Program-made: the position numbers and the translations under genes | In this document: piece after piece, positions 28,317-37,447 of the stretch | Numbering within the stretch: the first letter of the stretch is position 1 | How the letters are laid out: each line of letters opens with the position of its first letter | Notes under the pieces: model-generated | Databases searched by the model: none | The model's input: only the letters and a program-made list of their open reading frames with translations | What the model was told of the DNA's origin: nothing | Virus record (IMG/VR): IMGVR_UViG_3300025382_000006 | Strand: one strand, 5' to 3' | Source of the DNA: an uncultured virus (IMG/VR IMGVR_UViG_3300025382_000006) | Taxonomy: Duplodnaviria; Heunggongvirae; Uroviricota; Caudoviricetes | Length of the DNA stretch: 64,000 nucleotides

Positions 28317-29372
28317 ATGGCTGTTGGTCGAATTTCGGGTCCGCTCTTAAAAGATAATTTGCTTCGCAACGGAGTAAATTTAGCTTTTGAGACGAACTTA
28401 CTTTATCTAGATGTTGTAAACAGCCGCGTGGGCATTAATACAACAACGCCTTCCAATGACCTACAAGTAGTCGGAACTACAAGAACAACAAATTTAACAG
28501 TAAACACACAGGCCCAATTGGCTTCGTTTACTATATCTGGCAGCACTATTGCCAGCACAAGCAATACAATCAATCTTGTTCCAAATAATGGTAACGGTGT
28601 AGTTTACCAAGGAACTATCACAGTTGGTCAGTTTAGCATTGCAGGAAGCACAATCAGTGCTACTGGTACAAATACCAACATTAATATAACCCCAACAGGT
28701 ACAGGTACTACTATTATCAATAGTAATACACTGATTAATGGTAATTTGCATGCCACTGGCACCATTACAGCTGATGGTAATATCAGCCTAGGTAATCAAA
28801 CAACTGACACTATTACTTTTACTGGTGAAGTAAACAGTGATATTATTCCCAGCGCAACTAACACTTATAACTTAGGTAGCAATGCACTACAGTGGAATAG
28901 TTTGTATGCCAACACACTAAACATCAGTAATGCATTAACATTGCCTACTTTGAACGCTACTACATTAAATGTGGGCAATTTGGTTCTAAGCGGAAACACA
29001 ATTACAACTGCTAGTGCAGATACAGATATTAATCTAACAACTAGCGGAGCTGGTGGTGTTTTTCTAGGTAATTTTAGAATTTATAACAACACAATAACAA
29101 ACACAGTGGCCAATTCTAACACTGTGTTTACAGAATCAGGTACTGGCTATGTAGTGCTACAAGGTACAAATGGTGTTGTTATTCCTAGCGGAACAACTCT
29201 ACAGCGTCCAGTTGGAACTGCTGGTATGATTAGATACAATACAGATTTACAATATTTAGAAAACTACAATACAGCAACAGCCGCATGGCAACCTGCAGGA
29301 ACTACCAGTGGTGGATTAACTTTGACACAAGTACAAAATTTAAGCATCACAGCGGCATTAATATTTGGATAA
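28317..29372 (+). CDS. Fibre-like protein (paralogue of 26281)
   Basis: MAVGRISGPLLKDNLLRNG...; PSGTTLQRP...GMIRYNT. Confidence 0.65.
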   Translation: MAVGRISGPLLKDNLLRNGVNLAFETNLLYLDVVNSRVGINTTTPSNDLQVVGTTRTTNLTVNTQAQLASFTISGSTIASTSNTINLVPNNGNGVVYQGTITVGQFSIAGSTISATGTNTNINITPTGTGTTIINSNTLINGNLHATGTITADGNISLGNQTTDTITFTGEVNSDIIPSATNTYNLGSNALQWNSLYANTLNISNALTLPTLNATTLNVGNLVLSGNTITTASADTDINLTTSGAGGVFLGNFRIYNNTITNTVANSNTVFTESGTGYVVLQGTNGVVIPSGTTLQRPVGTAGMIRYNTDLQYLENYNTATAAWQPAGTTSGGLTLTQVQNLSITAALIFG

Positions 29373-29375
29373 AAC

Positions 29376-29741
29376 ATGGCAACGCAATTCTTAAACAGTA
29401 TCTCTCAAAATATAGGAATAACACCAGTTGCTGTGCTGTCTACCAACAACGTTGGATCATACACAGTTATTGGCTTAAACTTAGCCAATACTACTAACGC
29501 TATGGTACAGATCAGTGTTCAATTATTCACCTATGGTGCCAACGGGGATGGTACAAACAATACTAGCAATGTGATCAGTCAAGCATTTATTGCTAAAAAT
29601 ATTATGATGGCACCACAAAGCAGTTTGAAATTAATAACCAACAGTGAAAAATTGATTCTTGCAGGCAACAATGCAGTATTAATCAATTCTAATGCCAATA
29701 ACAGTATAGATGCTGTTGTCAGTTACGTGAGTATAAGTTAA
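29376..29741 (+). CDS. Small virion protein
   Basis: 121 aa; similar to 24907. Confidence 0.6.
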   Translation: MATQFLNSISQNIGITPVAVLSTNNVGSYTVIGLNLANTTNAMVQISVQLFTYGANGDGTNNTSNVISQAFIAKNIMMAPQSSLKLITNSEKLILAGNNAVLINSNANNSIDAVVSYVSIS

Positions 29742-29750
29742 GGATAGTAT

Positions 29751-30320
29751 ATGGCAAATAATTTTTATCTAGGTCAAACACCAGAAGAGTTCTTTAATCA
29801 GACTGCTAGATACTTCTATGGCATGAATAGAACAGCTGATGGTTTCTTAAAAGTTACCAAGATTAATCTAGACTCAGATCCTGATCCAGTTAGCCTAGAA
29901 GACTTAACTACCTTAAACACCACTGGATTTTATGACAATCTTGAGCAAGGTGTGGATTTCTTTGAAGGAGTAGACGGCACAACTCATATGCCTAACTATT
30001 CTGGACTTAACTTTGAACAGTATAAATGGAGCCCAGACGATTTATATTATTATGTTGACGCCAACGGAGTACTTAGTGTAAGAGTTGATGTTCCATATAA
30101 CTATGCGTTTGGAGTAACTACACAAGTTCTAGCAGAAACATTGTTAACTGGTAGCACAGCGGCTGCCAATCCGGTAGCACATATTTTGGCTAACGGCTAT
30201 TCGTTTGGTACTATAATTGGTACTGGCAATCCTTTAGAAAATATTAACGCCAGCAATCTTAGCACAGTAAGTGACATAGAAGGTACATTGTACGCAATAG
30301 ATATGGGGACCATAGCATAA
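29751..30320 (+). CDS. Hypothetical virion protein
   Basis: 189-aa ORF with SD in the structural operon. Confidence 0.6.
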   Translation: MANNFYLGQTPEEFFNQTARYFYGMNRTADGFLKVTKINLDSDPDPVSLEDLTTLNTTGFYDNLEQGVDFFEGVDGTTHMPNYSGLNFEQYKWSPDDLYYYVDANGVLSVRVDVPYNYAFGVTTQVLAETLLTGSTAAANPVAHILANGYSFGTIIGTGNPLENINASNLSTVSDIEGTLYAIDMGTIA

Positions 30321-30370
30321 GCTAATTTAGTTCATTAAGTATGAATAAATAAGACATCGAGGAATAAAAA

Positions 30371-33300
30371 ATGGCAGAATTCAAACTAGGTAGGATCAAA
30401 TTTGTATGGAAAGGCCCATGGCAGGCTAGTACACCATACTACAAAGATGACGTGGTCATTGTTGGTGGCGTTAGCTACATGTGTATCAACGCATACACCA
30501 GCAGTTCATCATTTGCAACAGATCAAGCTAACTGGCAAAAAATGGCCGGTGGTACAAATTTTGTTACAGGTGGTTGGTCCGCTAGCACAGGGTTTAATCC
30601 TGGTGATCTTGTCACAGTTAACGGAAACGTTTACTATTGTACAACTGCACATACCAGTGCCAGTACTTGGTTAAGTGACATCAGCAACTGGGTACTATAT
30701 AGCCCAGGTGTTAAATTCCGTAATACATGGACTGCCAGCACACAATATTATATTAACGATTTAGTTAAGTATGGTGCTGACATTTATATTTGTACTACAG
30801 CTAATCTTTCTAGTTCTGCTTTTAGTTCAGACTTATCTAACTGGACAATTTTTGTTCAAGGCTTAGAGTACGTTAACACTTGGAATAGTTCAACAACATA
30901 CGCAATTGGTGACCAAGTTACTTATGGCGGTTATGTTTACAACGCAATATCAGTTAACGTAAATCAAACTCCTAGTACAGCAGTATCATATTGGAGTGTG
31001 GTTACAACAGGCTACAGCCAACAAGGTGATTGGAATTTAGCAACTGCTTATAAAACAGGTCATGTAGTTACATTTGGTGGCTGGACTTATGTTTGCGTAC
31101 AAGATTGTACAAATCAACAACCATATGTTCAAGGAACTGGCGTTAATTCTGCTTACTGGTCATTAATTGTAAAAGGTTTCAACCATCGCGGTGCTTATGC
31201 AAAAGCACTAACTGTTACCAATGCAACTCGCAGTGGTAGCACAGTTACTTTGACATTTGCTACACAATCTAGCACACCATTTACTGTAGGAACTAACATT
31301 GTAGTTACTGGTGTATCTAGTACAACAGGATCATATAACGGTGTATTCGTAGTTTCAGGTACAGGTTCAAATACACAAGTTCAATATCAAATATCAAGCA
31401 CACCTGGTACATATACTTCAAGTACAGGTACTGTGGCAGGCATTTACTATCCAGGTGACGTAGTTCTTAATACTAGTTCTACATACGTGGCTACTGGTAT
31501 CAGCAGTAACGTATCTCCTCCTAATTCAGTTTATTGGCAAATTATTGGTCAAGGCGGTGTTGGTGCAACACTAACTGAAATTGGTGACTTGGCCTATCGC
31601 TATAGCGATGGTACAGTTACTGGCCTACACATGGCCAACGGTACACAATCAGGTAGTGCAGTATTAGACGGTTATGTATTAAAAGCTCGTACACAGGGCG
31701 ATACCACAATGCAACCGCGTTGGGGCGAGTATGGATATATCAGCAACATTTTTTATGTTAGCGCCACATCGGGATCAGACGGAACTAGTTATGGTCGCAC
31801 AATAGATAGACCTTTTGCAACTATTCGTTACGCTTGTATTCAAGCTGCCAGTGTAGCAACTAGTACTTCGCCAGTTACTATTTTTATCAAAACAGGTACA
31901 TACAGCGAACTATTGCCAATCACAGTGCCAGCATACGTTAGTTTAGTAGGCGACGAATTGCGTACAACCATTGTACAGCCAGCCGCTGGTCTAAGTTCAG
32001 ATGGGGTTACTCCAAATAACCGTTCAAGAATGTTCTTGCTAAATCAAGCCTGCGTACTTCGTAATATGACAATGGGCGGATTGACAGGTCAATTTACAGG
32101 TACTCCATATCTTGCAGGCGATACAACAGGCGGATCAGGTATTCAACGTTTGACAGTTGGTACATGGCCTAGTGCAACAGCCAGTGGTGCTTATTGCGCA
32201 CTAGATCCAAACGGATCTATCACTAGCAAGAGTCCTTATATTCAAAATTGTTCAACATTTGGAAGCAAGGCAGTAGGATTATATATTAACGGATTAGATC
32301 AAAATCGTACTGGTACTATTTCTATGGTATGTAACGATTTCACACAAGTCATCGATGACGGTATCGGTATCATGTGTCTTAATGGCGGCCGTTGCGAAGC
32401 AGTTAGCGTGTTCACTTATTATGCTTACATTGGTTATCTTTGCCAGTCAGGTGGTGTACTACGTGCTACTAACGGTAATAACAGTTATGGTACTTATGGT
32501 GATGTTGCTGCCGACACAGATCCAACCGATGTTGGATACCCAGGTACAGTTAACAACTTGGCCAACAGCGCACAAATTGGAAACATTCTAGTAGGTAATG
32601 GACAAATTCTAGCTATCTATTGGAACTACTGTGGACAAGCCTACACAAATCCAACAATCAGTTTAGACTCGGCTCCTACAAACGGTACCAATGCCAGTGT
32701 ATCAGGTGTTATTACTAGCAATGCACTTAGCCACGTGGTTGTAACAAGTCCAGGTTCTGGATATCAATTTGTTGCTGGTACAGGACGTAACGGCGGAACA
32801 AGTTCAAGCGGTGTGTGGTTTGCACTAGCCGCAACAGACAAAGCAACAGCAAATAATCAATATCAAGGCATGCGTATCACTATCGTTAGTGGTACAGGTG
32901 CAGGGCAAACAGGTATTATTGCCAATAGCTATTTGGTAGATACTCCAAGCGGCACCACTAAAGTAGTGTATGTTCAAACAACTGCTGGTGCGCAAGGATG
33001 GGAAACACTAGTAACTGGCGCTGGCATTGTTACAGCACTAGATGCTTCTAGTCAGTATACTATTCTTCCTGAAGTTACTATAGTCGGTGGTGGATATAGC
33101 ACTCAAGCTGTGGTAAGAGCTAATATTGATCCAAGTACATTTACTTTTGCAGGTGTTTATATTCTTAATGGTGGTGCTGGTTATACCGGTACTCCAACAT
33201 TTACAGTCACAGACCCACAAGGTTCTGGTGCAACATTTACTCCACAAATTCTAAGTGGAGCAATTAGTAGTGTAACGTATACAAACAGAGGAGCTGGATA

Positions 33301-34366
33301 TATTGTATTCAACCAAGTTGGTCTAGCTACAAGTATATCAGATGCTACAGGTTATGCAAATATTGCACAAACTGGAAATGTATTGAATTTCTTAGGATTC
33401 AGTCAAGCACCGCGTGTTGGAAGCATTATTATTATCAGCGGTCAGGCAGCTCCGTTCCTAGTTGTATCAACTAACAGCTATACAGCAGGAACTGGTAAGT
33501 GTAATGTAACAGTTGGTTCATCAGTTTCAACTACAAATCCACTAACACAAGGCGCAACTGCTACAGTATACCAAAAATTCAGTCAAATACGTTTGACAGG
33601 ACATGATTATCTGGCTATTGGTACTGGTAACTTTGCCAGCACAGCATATCCTAGTGTAAACACAGCTTCGTATATTACAGCTAATCAGCACTTGGGACAA
33701 AATAATGGTCGTGTGTTCTACACCAGTACTGACCAAGACGGTAACTTTAGCGTTGGTGATTTGTTTAAGATTAACCAAGCAACTGGACAAGCTACATTGA
33801 ACGTAAGTGCGTTTAATTTGGCAGGTTTGAACAGTTTGCAGTTGGGTACAACTGGAGCATTTGTAAGCCAGTTCTCAACAGACGGAACACTAAGTGCAAA
33901 CAGCGATGCCATAGTACCAACACAAAAAGCAATCAGAACATACATCAGTAGCCAGTTAGGTTCTGGTAGTAACAATTTACAAGTTAACGTGTTGACAGCT
34001 GGTAAGGTTTATATTCAAAATAACATTATCAGTAGTTCACCGGGCACTGGTTCAGACATTGTATTTGCACCAGACGGAGTGGGAGCGGTACAATTTAATA
34101 GTTTAACTAACTACAACTACACTAATGCTCAAATTCAAACACAGTCTTATGCAGTATTGGCTAATAAAGACTATGTGGATCAAGGTACTAGAGAAAACGT
34201 ACATTCACTAGCAGTGGATGTAAACGGCAACTTGATATGGGTTAATGATGCTGGAGGTACCGCATCTCTAGTAGATGCATCATCGTATGTTGATTATGCA
34301 ATGGTGTCTCGTGGAACAAACTTGTTAATAAATAACGCGACTGGTAACTTACAACTCACATACTAA
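30371..34366 (+). CDS. Large fibre/spike protein with N-terminal W-x5-Y-x2-GD-V repeats and a pectin-lyase-like region
   Basis: 1331 aa; about six N-terminal repeats; FYVSATSGSD...RPFATIRYA...IFIKTGTYSE beta-helix start. Confidence 0.7.
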   Translation: MAEFKLGRIKFVWKGPWQASTPYYKDDVVIVGGVSYMCINAYTSSSSFATDQANWQKMAGGTNFVTGGWSASTGFNPGDLVTVNGNVYYCTTAHTSASTWLSDISNWVLYSPGVKFRNTWTASTQYYINDLVKYGADIYICTTANLSSSAFSSDLSNWTIFVQGLEYVNTWNSSTTYAIGDQVTYGGYVYNAISVNVNQTPSTAVSYWSVVTTGYSQQGDWNLATAYKTGHVVTFGGWTYVCVQDCTNQQPYVQGTGVNSAYWSLIVKGFNHRGAYAKALTVTNATRSGSTVTLTFATQSSTPFTVGTNIVVTGVSSTTGSYNGVFVVSGTGSNTQVQYQISSTPGTYTSSTGTVAGIYYPGDVVLNTSSTYVATGISSNVSPPNSVYWQIIGQGGVGATLTEIGDLAYRYSDGTVTGLHMANGTQSGSAVLDGYVLKARTQGDTTMQPRWGEYGYISNIFYVSATSGSDGTSYGRTIDRPFATIRYACIQAASVATSTSPVTIFIKTGTYSELLPITVPAYVSLVGDELRTTIVQPAAGLSSDGVTPNNRSRMFLLNQACVLRNMTMGGLTGQFTGTPYLAGDTTGGSGIQRLTVGTWPSATASGAYCALDPNGSITSKSPYIQNCSTFGSKAVGLYINGLDQNRTGTISMVCNDFTQVIDDGIGIMCLNGGRCEAVSVFTYYAYIGYLCQSGGVLRATNGNNSYGTYGDVAADTDPTDVGYPGTVNNLANSAQIGNILVGNGQILAIYWNYCGQAYTNPTISLDSAPTNGTNASVSGVITSNALSHVVVTSPGSGYQFVAGTGRNGGTSSSGVWFALAATDKATANNQYQGMRITIVSGTGAGQTGIIANSYLVDTPSGTTKVVYVQTTAGAQGWETLVTGAGIVTALDASSQYTILPEVTIVGGGYSTQAVVRANIDPSTFTFAGVYILNGGAGYTGTPTFTVTDPQGSGATFTPQILSGAISSVTYTNRGAGYIVFNQVGLATSISDATGYANIAQTGNVLNFLGFSQAPRVGSIIIISGQAAPFLVVSTNSYTAGTGKCNVTVGSSVSTTNPLTQGATATVYQKFSQIRLTGHDYLAIGTGNFASTAYPSVNTASYITANQHLGQNNGRVFYTSTDQDGNFSVGDLFKINQATGQATLNVSAFNLAGLNSLQLGTTGAFVSQFSTDGTLSANSDAIVPTQKAIRTYISSQLGSGSNNLQVNVLTAGKVYIQNNIISSSPGTGSDIVFAPDGVGAVQFNSLTNYNYTNAQIQTQSYAVLANKDYVDQGTRENVHSLAVDVNGNLIWVNDAGGTASLVDASSYVDYAMVSRGTNLLINNATGNLQLTY

Positions 34367-34379
34367 TTAGGATAATAGC

Positions 34380-37300
34380 ATGGCACAAACAATAAATTTA
34401 GGAAAATTAAGACTGGATTGGAGAGGTGATTTCAATCCGTCTACTGCCTATGTTGCAAACGATATTGTGACATATCGTCAACAACAATGGGTATGTACAC
34501 AGCCAACACAAACTGCATCGTTTGTAGGTAGTCAAACTAACTATACCCTAACAGTAACATCACTAAATCCAATCACACTATCGACTGGAACTAGCATTAT
34601 TTCTACATCAGCTGGAACTACTGTAACAGTAGCCAGTACAGCAGGGTTGCAAACTGGTAACAGATTTGTTGTAAGTGGAAACGCTGGTGGCGGGTTAACA
34701 GCAACTACATATTTTGTTGGTAACGTACTTTCTGCAACAACATTAACTCTATCAACAAGTTACGCCAATGCTATAGCAGGCACTTACATAACATTTACAG
34801 CTTATACATTTGGATCAGTAAGTTCAGGATCTGCACTGATTACAGGCACATCTTTTGTTGCATACGGATCTTTAGCAGTAGGCCAGGTAATAGCAGGTTC
34901 TACAACACCGTTAGTTGTAACCAATGCAACTGGCACTGGTTCAGTTGCTACACTAACATTTCCAATTCAATCAACAGGCACTCCATTTGCTAGCGGTTCT
35001 ACCATTGTTGTGCAAGGTATTACTCCATTAGGCTACAACGGAACATTTGTAGTATTGACTAGTACTTCTACTACAGTGACGTATGCTAATACTACAACAC
35101 TTAGCATGCAAAGCGGAAGTTTAGGAACAGTTTCAAGCACATCTAACGTTACTACCATTACAGCGGCAGCCGCTGGTAATGGAACTGGTGTTTATACACT
35201 AAGTTCGTTAGTAGTTACTCCTACCAACAATTTGACTTACACAACAGTTGCACCAGGAGTTCCAGCAGTAGGAAGTGCATACTGGACTTCATTTACACAA
35301 TTATTCAATAACAACGGTACATGGACAAACGGACAAACTTATTCCGTAGGAGACACAGTAGTTTATGCTACTCCTACAAGTTTGTTAACAGTACCGACTA
35401 GTATTGCTGGTAACTATAGTTTAAGCAGAACCGTAACACAGGCATATTATTGTATTCAAGCACATACTGCCAGTTTAACATCTCCAGTTATCACTCCTAT
35501 AGATTCAGCTTATTGGACTCCTGTAACACGTAGAGGATTGTTGGGTACACAAATTGCACCAAGCAGTACACAGGGCGGTTATAATCTTGGTGTGTATGGT
35601 AACAACAATTATCAAGTACTAGTACAGCCTAACAGGGGCATTGCATTTGATAACAGTCCTAACTATTATAATGGTTCAACTAAAAATACTACAGATAGTC
35701 CTAGTTTTGGATACGTAGCTTACAATGGTCAAGCTATGTCATGGGGATTAGATGTTAACGGAAGCGTAGGTGTTCCACAAGGCGGACAAGCAACTAGCGG
35801 TGCTAGTGCTTTTGCATTAACTGCATTATCATTTCCATTCTATGATTACTGGCGTTCAGCTAGTAATAGCGGAAACGGTGTACATTCAACACCAGATAAC
35901 AATTTACCTCGTGTAATACAGTGGGAAAAAAGTTATGACGGTAATCTAGTATTAATGAATTCGGGTGAAGTATTTGCATGGGGCAGTGCTACAGGCGGTG
36001 AAAACGGAGACGCATCTACTAATAATAGAGCATATCCAGTGCGTGTAGGCGGATCTTTAGTTAGTGTCAATGCTAACACAACTGCAACTGGAACTACTTA
36101 TTCTACTGGTACTATTTTAACTGCTGGACATGCGTTTAGCAATGTGCGTATCAAACGTATCAGTATGAGCGGTGGTTGCGGATTTGCTGATAGCAGACGT
36201 CATTGCATGGCAATTGACGAGAACGGTAACGTGTGGGTATGGGGATCAAACAACAACGGACAGTTGGGCGTGGGTTTCATTACAGGAACAAATAATACAA
36301 CCAACTATAGCATACCACAACAGTTGCCAAGAACAGCATTTGCAGTGGGCGGTGTTGGACCAGGACAATCGGTTGTAGCTATTTGGGCATGTGGAGCTTC
36401 TACTAACGGTTGGAGTTTTGCTGTAACCGCGGACGGCAACTTGTGGGCGTGGGGCGCAAATGGAAGTGGACAATTAGGATTAAATGATACAACCAACAGA
36501 TTCCAACCAGTGCAAGTTACAACAGCCGGTGCTCCAAGCACACCGTTTGGTGGTGGTGCAGTAGGTTCCATAGTAAAAATACAAGTGTCAGACAACTTTA
36601 CCGGTAGTGCAGCCACAAATGCTTGCTCGGCTGTTTTAACCAGTACAGGTCAAGTTTACATAGCAGGTAACAATGCAAGTGGCTGGGCAGGAAGTGGTAC
36701 TGTAGCTAATCCTCAATGGTCTCCAGTAGGTAGCGGCCCAGGTACTGTGGCCAACAGTGCATGCGTTGACATGTGGTTATACGGATCAGGCGGTTCTTAT
36801 ACTACAATGATGCAACGTGATAAAAATACAGGACTTTGCTATACTTGCGGATATAACGGACAAGGACAATTAGGAGCTACTGGTCTAGTAACTTCAAATA
36901 ACAGCACAGCAACAGTTAGCAAAATTAATATTGCTGGAAGTTTTTATAATCTTACAAACGTAAAACAACTGGCGTTTAGTGCTTGGAACAGTTATGTTTC
37001 AGCAACCATAGTACTAGACAACGGTATGAGTTTTAGTATAGGTAATAATTTTTACGGACAATGTAGTACTGGATTTAGCGGAAGTGGTCCAAACGCATCA
37101 TACGGCGCAATATCAACTGCACCCAACGTAGCATCATTTGGCGGTACCAATGGTAGTGATGCCAACGGTATTGAAATTGTAAACTCATTTGCATGGCAGC
37201 CACTGCGTAGTGCTCCAGGCATGCAGGGCTACATGGATAATTGCATGGGATATGCAGGCCCAGGCGATGCATACAAATGGTTAGTATGGGTTAATAAAGA

Positions 37301-37436
37301 TGGAAGATTGATGTTGTCTGGATCGGCAGCCAGTGCGGCAACTGGTACTACTGTAAACGTGTTCGGACAAGTGTACACTACCTATGCTAGTAACTTTGCC
37401 AACGCAGAATCCATGACTATACCACTGACTGATTAA
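34380..37436 (+). CDS. RCC1-repeat (beta-propeller) fibre protein 1
   Basis: GEVFAWG, GNVWVWGSNNNGQLG, GNLWAWGANGSGQLG. Confidence 0.8.
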   Translation: MAQTINLGKLRLDWRGDFNPSTAYVANDIVTYRQQQWVCTQPTQTASFVGSQTNYTLTVTSLNPITLSTGTSIISTSAGTTVTVASTAGLQTGNRFVVSGNAGGGLTATTYFVGNVLSATTLTLSTSYANAIAGTYITFTAYTFGSVSSGSALITGTSFVAYGSLAVGQVIAGSTTPLVVTNATGTGSVATLTFPIQSTGTPFASGSTIVVQGITPLGYNGTFVVLTSTSTTVTYANTTTLSMQSGSLGTVSSTSNVTTITAAAAGNGTGVYTLSSLVVTPTNNLTYTTVAPGVPAVGSAYWTSFTQLFNNNGTWTNGQTYSVGDTVVYATPTSLLTVPTSIAGNYSLSRTVTQAYYCIQAHTASLTSPVITPIDSAYWTPVTRRGLLGTQIAPSSTQGGYNLGVYGNNNYQVLVQPNRGIAFDNSPNYYNGSTKNTTDSPSFGYVAYNGQAMSWGLDVNGSVGVPQGGQATSGASAFALTALSFPFYDYWRSASNSGNGVHSTPDNNLPRVIQWEKSYDGNLVLMNSGEVFAWGSATGGENGDASTNNRAYPVRVGGSLVSVNANTTATGTTYSTGTILTAGHAFSNVRIKRISMSGGCGFADSRRHCMAIDENGNVWVWGSNNNGQLGVGFITGTNNTTNYSIPQQLPRTAFAVGGVGPGQSVVAIWACGASTNGWSFAVTADGNLWAWGANGSGQLGLNDTTNRFQPVQVTTAGAPSTPFGGGAVGSIVKIQVSDNFTGSAATNACSAVLTSTGQVYIAGNNASGWAGSGTVANPQWSPVGSGPGTVANSACVDMWLYGSGGSYTTMMQRDKNTGLCYTCGYNGQGQLGATGLVTSNNSTATVSKINIAGSFYNLTNVKQLAFSAWNSYVSATIVLDNGMSFSIGNNFYGQCSTGFSGSGPNASYGAISTAPNVASFGGTNGSDANGIEIVNSFAWQPLRSAPGMQGYMDNCMGYAGPGDAYKWLVWVNKDGRLMLSGSAASAATGTTVNVFGQVYTTYASNFANAESMTIPLTD

Positions 37437-37447
37437 GGAAAATAAAA

